From Promethearchaeota archaeon (GTDB lineage: Archaea; Asgardarchaeota; Thorarchaeia; Thorarchaeales; Thorarchaeaceae): a stretch of DNA of 64,000 bases. Below, in pieces: positions 39,807 to 49,027 of this stretch (position 1 is the stretch's first letter; each line of letters starts with the position of its first letter). The position numbers were made by a program, and so were the translations under genes. The stretch is from positions 23,760-87,759 of the forward strand of contig JBHLPF010000008.1 of the NCBI GenBank assembly GCA_048939765.1, written 5' to 3'. Under the pieces are notes generated by a model. It ran no database searches. It was not told where the DNA came from and worked only from the letters and a program-made list of their open reading frames with translations.

Positions 39807-41270
39807 TCACTCCTCGATATTTGCAAGTCGCTTTGCAAGTTTCTTCTTCTCTTCAATATCACTTATTCGACTGATCATAATCCTCTGTGCCTGTGGCGAC
39901 CCCGCCCCATGCATGGATTCGGTCAAATATCCTACCGCAGCTCTGCCTAGTGTGAGATTCTCAATCAATCGCAGCATCTTGATTCTGTCCTCAGTACTGA
40001 CATTCTCTGCCCCACCAAGATATTTCTCAATTATCTCGCGTGTCTCAGGATTACGCATCTCCTTGGCACTGGGGCATGTAACAAAGAGACCTCCCGCAAT
40101 ATCCTGCAACAGCCTCGATATCTCATATGGGAATCTCGTGACGTTTTGCTTGCACACATTCGCCAAGAGAATGTCAACTAGATAGTTACCAGCTGGAGTC
40201 TGCTCTCCTGCCGCTGAACAGGCAATGCCACAGGAGAAGAGGGTCTCATTGAGATGGATCATCTCTGTTATCTTGTCACGGATGTGAGAGGCTTTCGGTA
40301 CACCGTTGTATTCTGCAATACTAGCAGCAGCTCCAATGAGAACGTCACCAACACCAACCTTGCACCCACCATAGCTCTGACGATGATACGCTGCAAAAGA
40401 CTCGACAAGCCTGCTGCAGAACTCACTTTCACCATTCATGAAGATGCGCTCATTGGGCACAAAGACATCATCAAAAACAATCAGGCACTCCTGACCACCA
40501 TATACTGGATTTCCACAATCGATGTCACCGGCATCGGTTTCATCTAGTCTTCGTAAGTCGCAGGATTGTCGACCGTAGTAGTAGGTTATTCCATCAGCAT
40601 CCGCAGGAATAGCACAGCAAATGGCATAGTCCTTGTCTTCGTTCCTCATTGCCAATGTGGGCATAATGAGATGCTCGTGCGAGTTCAGAGCCCCTGTCTG
40701 ATGAGCCTTTGCTCCACGTATCACTACACCATCCTCTCGCCGTTCAACGACGTGAACATAGACATCGGGATTCTTTTGTTCAGAGGGCCGCTTGCTTCTA
40801 TCACCCTTTGGATCTGTCATACAACCATCGATAACGAGATCCTGCGCTTCAGCATTCTTCACATAATCTATGAATCTCTGATGATAATCAGTCCCCAGCT
40901 TCTCATCAATCTCATAGGTTGTTAGGTACACAGCGTTCATTGCATCCATGCCAACACAGCGTTGAAAGCAGGTCCCTGATCTTTGACCAAGCACACGCAG
41001 CATCTTAACTTTATTCTGCAAATCTTCCTTGCTCTTATGCAAATGACAGAATCGATTGATTGTCTCCCCGGTCAAGACAGATTTGGTCGTCATCAAGCCT
41101 TTATTCTCTTCGTCATGAGCCAAGTCATAGGTGAGAGCAACAGAATTCATTGAAGCCTTGATAATTGGGTGTTCGTTTGGATCATCGATTCGTTCTCCAA
41201 GATAATACACCTTGAGTGGTTTCCGCTTCTTGAGGCTGGCTCTATACTCATCGCCGGTCATCAATACCAT
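39807..41270 (-). CDS. abfD: 4-hydroxybutyryl-CoA dehydratase
   Basis: TCFQRCVGMD, MTDPKGDRS, GAKAHQTG, HRQSYGGCK, ESMHGAGSPQAQ. Confidence 0.93.
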   Translation of the reverse strand: MVLMTGDEYRASLKKRKPLKVYYLGERIDDPNEHPIIKASMNSVALTYDLAHDEENKGLMTTKSVLTGETINRFCHLHKSKEDLQNKVKMLRVLGQRSGTCFQRCVGMDAMNAVYLTTYEIDEKLGTDYHQRFIDYVKNAEAQDLVIDGCMTDPKGDRSKRPSEQKNPDVYVHVVERREDGVVIRGAKAHQTGALNSHEHLIMPTLAMRNEDKDYAICCAIPADADGITYYYGRQSCDLRRLDETDAGDIDCGNPVYGGQECLIVFDDVFVPNERIFMNGESEFCSRLVESFAAYHRQSYGGCKVGVGDVLIGAAASIAEYNGVPKASHIRDKITEMIHLNETLFSCGIACSAAGEQTPAGNYLVDILLANVCKQNVTRFPYEISRLLQDIAGGLFVTCPSAKEMRNPETREIIEKYLGGAENVSTEDRIKMLRLIENLTLGRAAVGYLTESMHGAGSPQAQRIMISRISDIEEKKKLAKRLANIEE

Positions 41271-41419
41271 GACTCATCTCTCCTGAGTAACTAGCTAGGC
41301 TGTATAATTTCTCGAACTTAAGAGGTCTGGTATTGAGGGTGAGAACGATCTAACTCGCCTAGATTCTGCATGCTTCGTGAGAAAGATAAGCGATATTCCA
41401 GATATAACCGCGACTGCAT

Positions 41420-42244
41420 ATGACACTCAGCATAGACTCCACATTGGAACTGAATAACGGAGTGAAGATACCAATATTCGGTCTTGGAACATATCACTCC
41501 ACAGGCGCTGGGATAATTGACATTATTGCCGGGGCCCTACAACTTGGCTATCGTCACATAGATACTGCAGCCTTCTACGGGAACGAGAGGGAGATTGGAG
41601 AGGCTGTTCGCAAGAGCGGAATAGACCGCGGAGAGATTTTCATTACGACAAAGCTCTGGAATGATGATCATGGATACGATAATGCATTAGCAGCTTTTAA
41701 TGCCAGTCTTGACAAATTGGGCCTAGACTATGTGGACCTCTACCTCATACATTTTCCTGTGTATGGAAAGCGTCAAGAGTCTTGGAGAGCACTGGAGCAG
41801 ATTTTTGGAGATGGCAGAGCTAGGGCTATTGGTGTTAGCAACTACATGGAGTGGCACCTCAAAGAGCTCTTGGAAAACAGTGAATCTGTTCCTTCTGTAG
41901 ACCAGGTGGAGTTTCATCCATTTCTCTACCAGAGGAATCTTCTCGACTTCTGTAATTCAAAAGATATTCGCTTAGAGGCGTATAGTCCATTGACAAAGGG
42001 ACGACGCCTTCATGATCAGACGCTTGGTGAATTGGCGAGGGAATACGATAGAACTCCCGCTCAGATTCTAATTCGATGGTCACTGCAGCACGATTTGATA
42101 GTCATTCCTAAGTCAACAAATCCTGTTAGGATAAGAGAGAATGCCGATGTCTTTGATTTCTCGATTTCACGGGAAGACATGGAGCGGCTTAACGCTCTTG
42201 ATGAAGGCTTCAGGTCCAGTTGGGATCCTAGCAGAGTTCCTTAA
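41420..42244 (+). CDS. Aldo/keto reductase
   Basis: GYRHIDTAAFY, TTKLW, DLYLIH, IGVSN, IPKS. Confidence 0.95.
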   Translation: MTLSIDSTLELNNGVKIPIFGLGTYHSTGAGIIDIIAGALQLGYRHIDTAAFYGNEREIGEAVRKSGIDRGEIFITTKLWNDDHGYDNALAAFNASLDKLGLDYVDLYLIHFPVYGKRQESWRALEQIFGDGRARAIGVSNYMEWHLKELLENSESVPSVDQVEFHPFLYQRNLLDFCNSKDIRLEAYSPLTKGRRLHDQTLGELAREYDRTPAQILIRWSLQHDLIVIPKSTNPVRIRENADVFDFSISREDMERLNALDEGFRSSWDPSRVP

Positions 42245-42315
42245 TCCTATTGAGGAATGGCCGAGCGTTATGCTTCCAGTGAGTTTTCGCCCAATAGCTC
42301 GCTAAAAAGGAAGAA

Positions 42316-42347
42316 TTGATGGGCAACTCCTGAGGAGTTCCCATCAA
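42316..42347 (-). terminator. Hairpin terminator after SSB paralogue 2
   Basis: TTGATGGG-C-AACTCC-TGA-GGAGTT-CCCATCAA; TTCTTCCTTTTT follows on the minus strand. Confidence 0.7.
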
Positions 42348-42373
42348 GATAATTATTGATGCGTTTCTAGGAA

Positions 42374-42904
42374 TTAGTATCGACGACGCCTGTCGCGACC
42401 GCCATAGCCGCCGCTGTCACGCCTATCTCTTCCGCCTCCATAGCCACCTCGTCGGTCGCCGCCATAGCCACCGCCACCGTAGCCGCCGCCGCCACCTCTT
42501 CCGCCGCCGTAATCTCTACGACGTCGAAAGTCTTCATGCTCTTCAGCAGACATATCGTTCTCCATATTGACTTCTTCGATAGCTTCCTCTGCGTCAGAAA
42601 GCTCTCCATATTTGCCAATGTTCAATCTTAGATTTCCTTTGAACAAGCCCGTATATCCATTCTTCAAGAGGTAGGTCTTATCAGCCTCGAGGGCATCGAT
42701 AGTGTCGTCCCATAGAGGAACCGCTACTGTACCGGTGCTGTCTCCAACAATCGCATCTAAGACGCGGTGTGTGGTCATATCACGGCGGGATGAAACCTCG
42801 CGCTCTTCCCCTTTCTCCAAAACTTTGAAGGAGATGGTTATGTTCTTCATTCTTGGCCGAAGTTCGGCGATAGTAGCCTCGATCGGCTCTCTTTCGTAAC
42901 TCAT
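42374..42904 (-). CDS. Single OB-fold ssDNA-binding protein with RGG tail (paralogue 2)
   Basis: MSYEREP..IAELRP, GDSTG, LWD, NGY, LNIGKYG; GGRGGGGGYGG tail; start ATG 42904. Confidence 0.9.
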   Translation of the reverse strand: MSYEREPIEATIAELRPRMKNITISFKVLEKGEEREVSSRRDMTTHRVLDAIVGDSTGTVAVPLWDDTIDALEADKTYLLKNGYTGLFKGNLRLNIGKYGELSDAEEAIEEVNMENDMSAEEHEDFRRRRDYGGGRGGGGGYGGGGYGGDRRGGYGGGRDRRDSGGYGGRDRRRRY

Positions 42905-43034
42905 GGTGAATACTCTCGTATCTATTGCAGGACGTTCAAAACAAGCGTGTTCCTCGGTGATGTGCGATTCGGGTTGGACCCCTCTCTCTAGACCACGTAT
43001 CAGAATTGCGCCTAGTAGTCGGTGTACCTGCACT
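42905..43034 (-). ncRNA. Candidate structured 5' leader of SSB paralogue 2
   Basis: UGCAGG/CCUGCA closing stem, inner UAGGCG/CGCUUG; TATA-like GATAATAA about 24 nt upstream. Confidence 0.5.
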
Positions 43035-43088
43035 CCTGAGTCCAGAATGTTTGCTTATTATCTTGTTCATTGGGTTGATTTCTGCTCA

Positions 43089-43544
43089 CTAATAGCACTT
43101 GCAAATCTCTCGCAACTCGTCAATCTGGCGCTTTTCAAGCTGAGCAAGGTATTCGAAGAGTTGACTGATGACTGATGACCTCGCCCGCGTTGCCAGCTTC
43201 AGATATAATGTATATGTCTTGATGCCCTTTTCCAGCACCTGATTACAGACGTAAATTCTTGGATCTGTTTGAGCTCTAGATGAATCAAATGGTGTTGGAT
43301 CAGGAACCGTGTCATCAGATGCATTGAGTTCTTCTAGCTCATCAACAATTCCTGTCACCATCATGTGCTGTATTTTGTCAATCAATCGTGACTCAGATTC
43401 GGCGAGATGGATTAGTAGTGTCTTGACCTCTTCCATCTCAGACTCTTCGGCAATATTCTTGAAAAACTCATACTGGGATCTCGCAGTCGATAGGGCAATT
43501 TTAAGCATAGGGCTAGTAGGGTCAACTGTGGTCAAGGTCACCAC
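43089..43544 (-). CDS. Ferritin-like / rubrerythrin-like four-helix protein
   Basis: Two repeats of Y..LA....(V)..L..LA..E; C-terminal ICKCY. Confidence 0.65.
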   Translation of the reverse strand: MVTLTTVDPTSPMLKIALSTARSQYEFFKNIAEESEMEEVKTLLIHLAESESRLIDKIQHMMVTGIVDELEELNASDDTVPDPTPFDSSRAQTDPRIYVCNQVLEKGIKTYTLYLKLATRARSSVISQLFEYLAQLEKRQIDELREICKCY

Positions 43545-43679
43545 AGATTTTCGACAATATTCGGAAAATAGTACTTTCTGTCATATACTCGACGGAATCT
43601 GGGTTTACAATCCAAGTTTGTTACTTTGCTATACGTTAAGTCTTATTTTCTGATACTCCTTTTTTCTCCCGTGAGTTAA

Positions 43680-44087
43680 TTGTCAGGAACAGTAAGAATC
43701 GAAGGTGAAGATGTCGTTCTGGAGATACACGGTGTCGATGAGATACTCAGCATCAAGAGAAGTATCCACATCCCTTTCAAACACATATTATCTGTCTCTA
43801 CCGAAACTATTCCTTGGAATGCCTTCAAAACAATGAAGCTGGCTGGCACCAGCATTCCACATCATGTCAAGGATGGACGATTCTTGTCCAAGGAAGGAGA
43901 GATGTTCTTTGAAATGCACGACCCTGAGAGTTGCATTACAATTAACCTTGACCATGAGCGCTACAAGAAGGTGATCTTTGAGGTTGAGGACAAGGAGTCT
44001 GCTGCCACGATGATTGAGAATGCACTATCAAGCGAGCAACTCATACACGCATATGATGAGAAGGTTTCAGAGATGGATGGAAAGTGA
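43680..44087 (+). CDS. Hypothetical protein (PH-like beta domain)
   Basis: 135-aa ORF, IPFKHI, GTSIP..DGRF. Confidence 0.6.
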   Translation: MSGTVRIEGEDVVLEIHGVDEILSIKRSIHIPFKHILSVSTETIPWNAFKTMKLAGTSIPHHVKDGRFLSKEGEMFFEMHDPESCITINLDHERYKKVIFEVEDKESAATMIENALSSEQLIHAYDEKVSEMDGK

Positions 44088-44214
44088 ATACTAAGCAGCT
44101 TACATATTCTATTGAAGGCAATCACTACCTTAGTCCCTTCATGCAAGGTGTTTCCGAAGGTTTTGGATGAGTCTTCGTCCGGCTCTTCAAAATGCATCTT
44201 GAACTACCACTTGC

Positions 44215-44270
44215 ATGAGTCTTGCCCGCGGGCGAGAGGGGAGAGCGCCTTGCTTATGGTTCCTTCACAT
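44215..44270 (+). repeat. 56-bp dispersed repeat, copy 1
   Basis: 48/56 identical to 45651-45706. Confidence 0.85.
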
Positions 44271-44391
44271 GTGGCGTATGAAGTTCCGAAATGAACGCGG
44301 ATGAACACCATCTGGACTGACTTTGAACACCTCTCTCGATGATTATCCTGAATAATTCATGCACTTTCTCGTGACTCATTTAACACCATAA

Positions 44392-45087
44392 TTAGAAGGT
44401 GGTGTATCTTTTCTTATCTAACCACCATGCTACCAATATCAAGACGGTAAGAATAACTGATCCTTCTATTACTCCTGACTGAAAATCTGGATAGGTGTTA
44501 AACGGAGTGATTACAGTGATGATGCCAAGTGCTATCATAAATATGGGCATCCCATACTTACCAACAGGTTCTGTTCCTTTGGGAGCTGTCCTGATATACA
44601 TCAAACATCCGACAATAAGTATGGCAAGTTCCACTGCAGTTGAAACAATGATGCTGTTCCAGAGTCCTAGTCCGACCTTGATATCAAGCCCAGGGATCAG
44701 CAGTAAATCTGGAGTATGAACAAGAAAATCCAGGAAGAAGTGTGAAAGGACTGCCAAGCTCATTACGAGCGCAAGTCTTTGTCTATAGGAAGTATCTTCT
44801 GCATGCCATAGAGGGATGTAACGAACAGCAAGGAATGTTACTATAGACCATAGTATTGATCCCAGAAGACTGTGAGAGATGGGGTAGTCATAAAGATCAA
44901 AGGGGCTGGCCTCGGTAAAGCCGGGTACGATTTGTGCATGCTCAAACCCCAAAGTAAATAGTGTATCGAAGATGATATCCACTAATTGGACACCTATGAA
45001 AAGGAGAGCAAGAGATGTTTTGGGAACATATTTCTTCAGAGCGAAAGCCACACCAAAGTGACCAATAAACAATGAGATTGCCTCCAA
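44392..45087 (-). CDS. Membrane-bound metal-dependent hydrolase-like protein
   Basis: FIGH, QLVD, SHSL, SHFFLDFLVH, GLGLW. Confidence 0.8.
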   Translation of the reverse strand: MEAISLFIGHFGVAFALKKYVPKTSLALLFIGVQLVDIIFDTLFTLGFEHAQIVPGFTEASPFDLYDYPISHSLLGSILWSIVTFLAVRYIPLWHAEDTSYRQRLALVMSLAVLSHFFLDFLVHTPDLLLIPGLDIKVGLGLWNSIIVSTAVELAILIVGCLMYIRTAPKGTEPVGKYGMPIFMIALGIITVITPFNTYPDFQSGVIEGSVILTVLILVAWWLDKKRYTTF

Positions 45088-45327
45088 TTCACCAACTTGA
45101 ATAATAATTCAGGATTACTACTTTGATTTGAACTGTTCGGTAATCATAGACTCAATTAGATTATAACGTAGACCATCGTGTAGATGAATGTCGAATTCTT
45201 CACTCTAACTCTAGTCGCTGAAGACAGTCTGTGCAGTAGTTTCCTGGTTTGTTTTCAGTATCTGCTAACGAGTTGGAGAAGAGCATGATGCAATGCTTGG
45301 AGCAGTGTCTAAGTCACAACACATGCC

Positions 45328-45537
45328 CTAGTTCATGGAAGACTTTCTTTTCGGCGCGTTGAAAGAATAGCTCCTCGTCATCAATGTAGCCATAGAATGA
45401 CTGTTGAAGTCTTGGGAGTGCAACAATTGCATTTCCGCCAATTGGGTAGCAATGAATATAATCCTAAGTGAAGTCTTGGGAGCATATCTCTTCAGTGCGA
45501 AGGCTATACCGTAATGTCCAATAAACATAGAACTCAC
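45328..45537 (-). pseudogene. Truncated duplicate of the downstream hydrolase gene
   Basis: MFIGHYGIAFALKRYAPKTSL..IFIATQL matches FIGHFGVAFALKKYVPKTSL..LFIGVQL, then similarity ends. Confidence 0.75.
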
Positions 45538-45650
45538 ACCTGATGACTATTTGCTTAAGATGTCAGTAGGATAGAATCAGAAATTTGAATTTTCTTATTT
45601 TATACACAGAGTGGTTGTGAACAACCACTGTCAGGAATGCAATCTCCAAA

Positions 45651-45706
45651 ATGAGTCCTGCCAGCGGGTGAGAGGGGAGAGTGCCCTGCTAATAGTTCCT
45701 TCGCAT
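45651..45706 (+). repeat. 56-bp dispersed repeat, copy 2
   Basis: 48/56 identical to 44215-44270. Confidence 0.85.
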
Positions 45707-45734
45707 TAGCTATTGTTGTGCCATGCGGAGGAAC

Positions 45735-46160
45735 CTACATCAGAAGCTGATCGTATCCCAAGTCCTTTAGTACTTCAATGTAAACAGCTTCAAGTGGTTT
45801 GATCTTGCCAATCAGACCCAAGGCTTTTGTCACGGATCCCTTGAGTTTCACATCGCCCTTGGCGATTGCCACTGAAGTCCTCAATTTGCCCTGAAAGAAC
45901 TTGTTTGTCACATCTGACTTGCTGGATACAACAATGTCAGGCTCTTCATTTCCTGCCTCGAATGTCAATGTACCAATTTGTCCATCAGGTCCTTCATTCT
46001 TCAAATCTATGACCATTGTGACATCAGGCTGTGTCACTTCGAATCTCACGAGGACCTTTGATTCGAGGAGCTTGTCATAGACGTCTTGAATCTTGATTGC
46101 ACGAGACCAGAATGTCTCAAAGACTTTGATATATTGCTCTTTGCTCTCAAAGAATGTCAA
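45735..46160 (-). CDS. SCP2 sterol/lipid-carrier domain protein
   Basis: PDIVVS..SD...FFQGKL..AIAKGDVKLKG. Confidence 0.8.
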   Translation of the reverse strand: MTFFESKEQYIKVFETFWSRAIKIQDVYDKLLESKVLVRFEVTQPDVTMVIDLKNEGPDGQIGTLTFEAGNEEPDIVVSSKSDVTNKFFQGKLRTSVAIAKGDVKLKGSVTKALGLIGKIKPLEAVYIEVLKDLGYDQLLM

Positions 46161-46171
46161 TGCTTCACTTC

Positions 46172-47755
46172 CTAGTTTGTATCTTTTGTTGCTGAGATAT
46201 AATGGGATGAATCAGAAACCCCATTCGGGTCAAAGGCCGATTTAATCCTTCTGAGCCATCGTGGATAGTCCATAGTTCGCGGTCCATAGAAATCGTGGAC
46301 TGAGTCGCCCACTACAAAGAAAGGCATGCCAAGAGCGTTCTTCAGGTCCACTTCGTTGCATTCATCCTGATACTCTGCGTAGCCAAGGCATGACTCCTTT
46401 GATGCCGCATCGTAGACCGTCGGGACCTCTTGATGCGCCATGTGTCCGCTTTCATATGCGGTTATCCACACGCCTTCACCGCGGTCATCTCCTATGACTC
46501 CCTTCTCGATATACTTGTCTTTGATGGGTTGGTTTACCTGTGAAATCCTAACAGCTAAGGCAATTGTGTCCATCCCACCATGTGTGCTCTGAAAACAATT
46601 GGAGAACCTGAACGCATGGCCGCCAAGCATGTTTCTGATGGATTCAGCAAAATGCGATGTTCGTGGTGTGATGAGACCATCATCGATGAGGTCCTCACCG
46701 CCGTGCTTCTCCATTATCGCTCTCATGAGCTTGAGTCGATAGTTATACTCTCTCTCAGTGTGAGCTGCAATGAGTACAATGAAGTATCTCTTGGCTCTCT
46801 CAAGAAGCCCTCCAAAGATCGCTTCAATGGCTTCCATCTTAGTATCTGTAAAGAGGGCCGCAAGCCCTTCAGCTGAGGAGGCCGTTGCCATCATGACTGC
46901 ATCGGATGCATTGACCTCATAGAATGCACCTTCGAAGGATTTCCAATCCTGGAAGTTGAGTACCAGGAGCTTCCAGTATGGTGGAACCTCCCATTCATAA
47001 TGAGGTATAGTACCAGAGATCTTCCATTTCCAGTCCCTTGGAGCGGGGAAGGAAAACAGTCTGATTGCAGCCTTAGCGAACACACCAAGTCCACCATATG
47101 CACCCAACCATCCTCTGATTACTCCTCTTAGACTGAATCCCGGACCGTCTCCGGTGAACCATTTTCCTGTATGGTCATAGGAGCCCAATCTAAGGAGATC
47201 CCCAGTTGGAGCCACCCACTCGGCACCCAGAAGATTCCGGCCGCTGAATCCTGTATAGGGAGAAGTGAATCCGGGACCTACAAATGAGGTATGGCTTGCT
47301 AGCGGGGAGGTCTGGGGTCCGGCACCCTGAGCATGGTGCATCAGACCATACCGGAACAACTCAGCCTGTAATTCAGCATTTGTCACATACGGTTCTACGA
47401 CAGCATACATGTTCTTGGAGTCAATCTCAATGATTCTGTTCATTCTGCGTAGGTCGATCTGAATTGATCTTGGTTTCGAAACCCCGGCCCATGGTCCCAT
47501 TCCGGTGCTATAGGCTTTGAATGTGACAGCGTGTTCATTGCAGATTTTCACTATGGACTGAACTTCCTCGGTTGTCTTTGGAAGTACAACTGCAACAGGC
47601 CTGGTACCGAATCTAGAGGGTTCCTCTCCTCGTTGGGCTTTCTCTACTTCAAAGCACCATTGGAAAGCATAGGTGTCCAATATGGCTGGAGCTCTAGTTA
47701 TGTTAGGTCCTCCAACTACTTGTTCAAGAGCATTGTAGACTTTGTCTTCCAGCAT
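46172..47755 (-). CDS. FAD-binding oxidoreductase (VAO/PCMH, GlcD-like)
   Basis: VVLPKTTEEV, IDLRRMNRI, VVEP, FDPNG. Confidence 0.85.
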   Translation of the reverse strand: MLEDKVYNALEQVVGGPNITRAPAILDTYAFQWCFEVEKAQRGEEPSRFGTRPVAVVLPKTTEEVQSIVKICNEHAVTFKAYSTGMGPWAGVSKPRSIQIDLRRMNRIIEIDSKNMYAVVEPYVTNAELQAELFRYGLMHHAQGAGPQTSPLASHTSFVGPGFTSPYTGFSGRNLLGAEWVAPTGDLLRLGSYDHTGKWFTGDGPGFSLRGVIRGWLGAYGGLGVFAKAAIRLFSFPAPRDWKWKISGTIPHYEWEVPPYWKLLVLNFQDWKSFEGAFYEVNASDAVMMATASSAEGLAALFTDTKMEAIEAIFGGLLERAKRYFIVLIAAHTEREYNYRLKLMRAIMEKHGGEDLIDDGLITPRTSHFAESIRNMLGGHAFRFSNCFQSTHGGMDTIALAVRISQVNQPIKDKYIEKGVIGDDRGEGVWITAYESGHMAHQEVPTVYDAASKESCLGYAEYQDECNEVDLKNALGMPFFVVGDSVHDFYGPRTMDYPRWLRRIKSAFDPNGVSDSSHYISATKDTN

Positions 47756-49027
47756 CTAGTCACCTCCCTCCAAACTCTTCAGTACTAATTCTGTCAGGTC
47801 GAAGTACTCCAATGGACTCTCTCTATTGCTGAGGCTGTCTTTGAAATTCGTGCTACAGAAGGGACACACTGAAACAAGAGCCTCGGCACCTGTACACTCT
47901 GCTTCATATACTCGTTCATTGGCTGTCCAGAGTGCAAATTCTGGATAGGCTGCCTTGACTCCTGCTCCAGCACCGCAGCAATAGGAGTACTCCCGGATTC
48001 GTTCCATCTCAACGAGTTCCACACCAGGAATCTGCTTCAGCACATTTCGCGGAGCATCATACACTCCTTCGGCACCTCGTCGTTCTTGCTTTGGTGGATC
48101 CCAGATGTAGACCTGAGAGAGTATCTCAATCTTGTCCCCCTCATACGGTTCGTAGGACTCTGCCATTCTACCCAGATGGCATGGATCATGGTAGGTGACT
48201 TTCAACGGGACATCATGCTTGAGATTTAGTCTTCCTTCTGCAATTAGCGACTCTAGCAATTGTGAGATGTGGATGACCTCAAAATTGCTCTCAACGAAGC
48301 GCGGGTATTCGATCGCCAACATATTGTAGCAGCCAGCACAACTCGTGATGATCGTCTTGACTCCATGTTCTTTGAATAGCTCCACATTGCTCTTCATTAT
48401 CTCAATTGCCTTGCCTCTGTCACCCAATCTATAGACTGGGCTTCCGCAACAGAATTCATCTGAGCCCAAAATTCGAAAGTCCTCTTTTGCTGCATTCAAT
48501 ACACGCGCAGTTGAGAGAGCAATCTCCTCTCTGCGGTATGCAGCCGTACAACCCACGAAATAGATTGTGGACGAGTTCTCATTAGTCTGCACATCATCGG
48601 TGAGCCATGAAGGCCTCTTCTCTACATCCTCTCCGTAGGGATTCTGGTTTCTCTCCACCAGCTCGATGTACTTCTTGTGCTTGGGCATTGGCCCAGCGCC
48701 TGACTCCACCGCTTTGACCCTAAGCTCATGGATGACCTCATTCGGTTCAAGGTCATATACCCACTTGCAAGAGACCTCACAGCCTCCACAGTTAGTGCAT
48801 CTATAAAGAACATCCAGCAAGTCCTGTGAGAACTCGATTCGTCCTTTGTGTAGTGCATCTGCCATTATCATCCGCCCCCCTCCCGAATATGCATGGAAGT
48901 TGTAGTACTCTATCGAAGGGCAGATGTGTGAGAACCTCTTGCTCTTGATCTGTAGCTGCGGCAGGAATTTGCACTTGGAGCAACGGACGCAACTGTCCAT
49001 CATATCTTCAAACTCGCCAAGGGTCAT
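47756..49027 (-). CDS. Fe-S oxidoreductase with two CCG domains (GlcF/HdrD-like)
   Basis: CVRCSKC, CTNCGGCEVSC, FCCG, YHDPCHLGR, CCGAG, CPFC; ATGA overlap at 49024-49027. Confidence 0.9.
   Translation of the reverse strand: MTLGEFEDMMDSCVRCSKCKFLPQLQIKSKRFSHICPSIEYYNFHAYSGGGRMIMADALHKGRIEFSQDLLDVLYRCTNCGGCEVSCKWVYDLEPNEVIHELRVKAVESGAGPMPKHKKYIELVERNQNPYGEDVEKRPSWLTDDVQTNENSSTIYFVGCTAAYRREEIALSTARVLNAAKEDFRILGSDEFCCGSPVYRLGDRGKAIEIMKSNVELFKEHGVKTIITSCAGCYNMLAIEYPRFVESNFEVIHISQLLESLIAEGRLNLKHDVPLKVTYHDPCHLGRMAESYEPYEGDKIEILSQVYIWDPPKQERRGAEGVYDAPRNVLKQIPGVELVEMERIREYSYCCGAGAGVKAAYPEFALWTANERVYEAECTGAEALVSVCPFCSTNFKDSLSNRESPLEYFDLTELVLKSLEGGD

Noticed and set aside
42905-43033. 43-aa N-terminal extension of SSB2 in the ORF track
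   Set aside because: Paralogue alignment begins at ATG 42904; the region is better explained as a 5' leader
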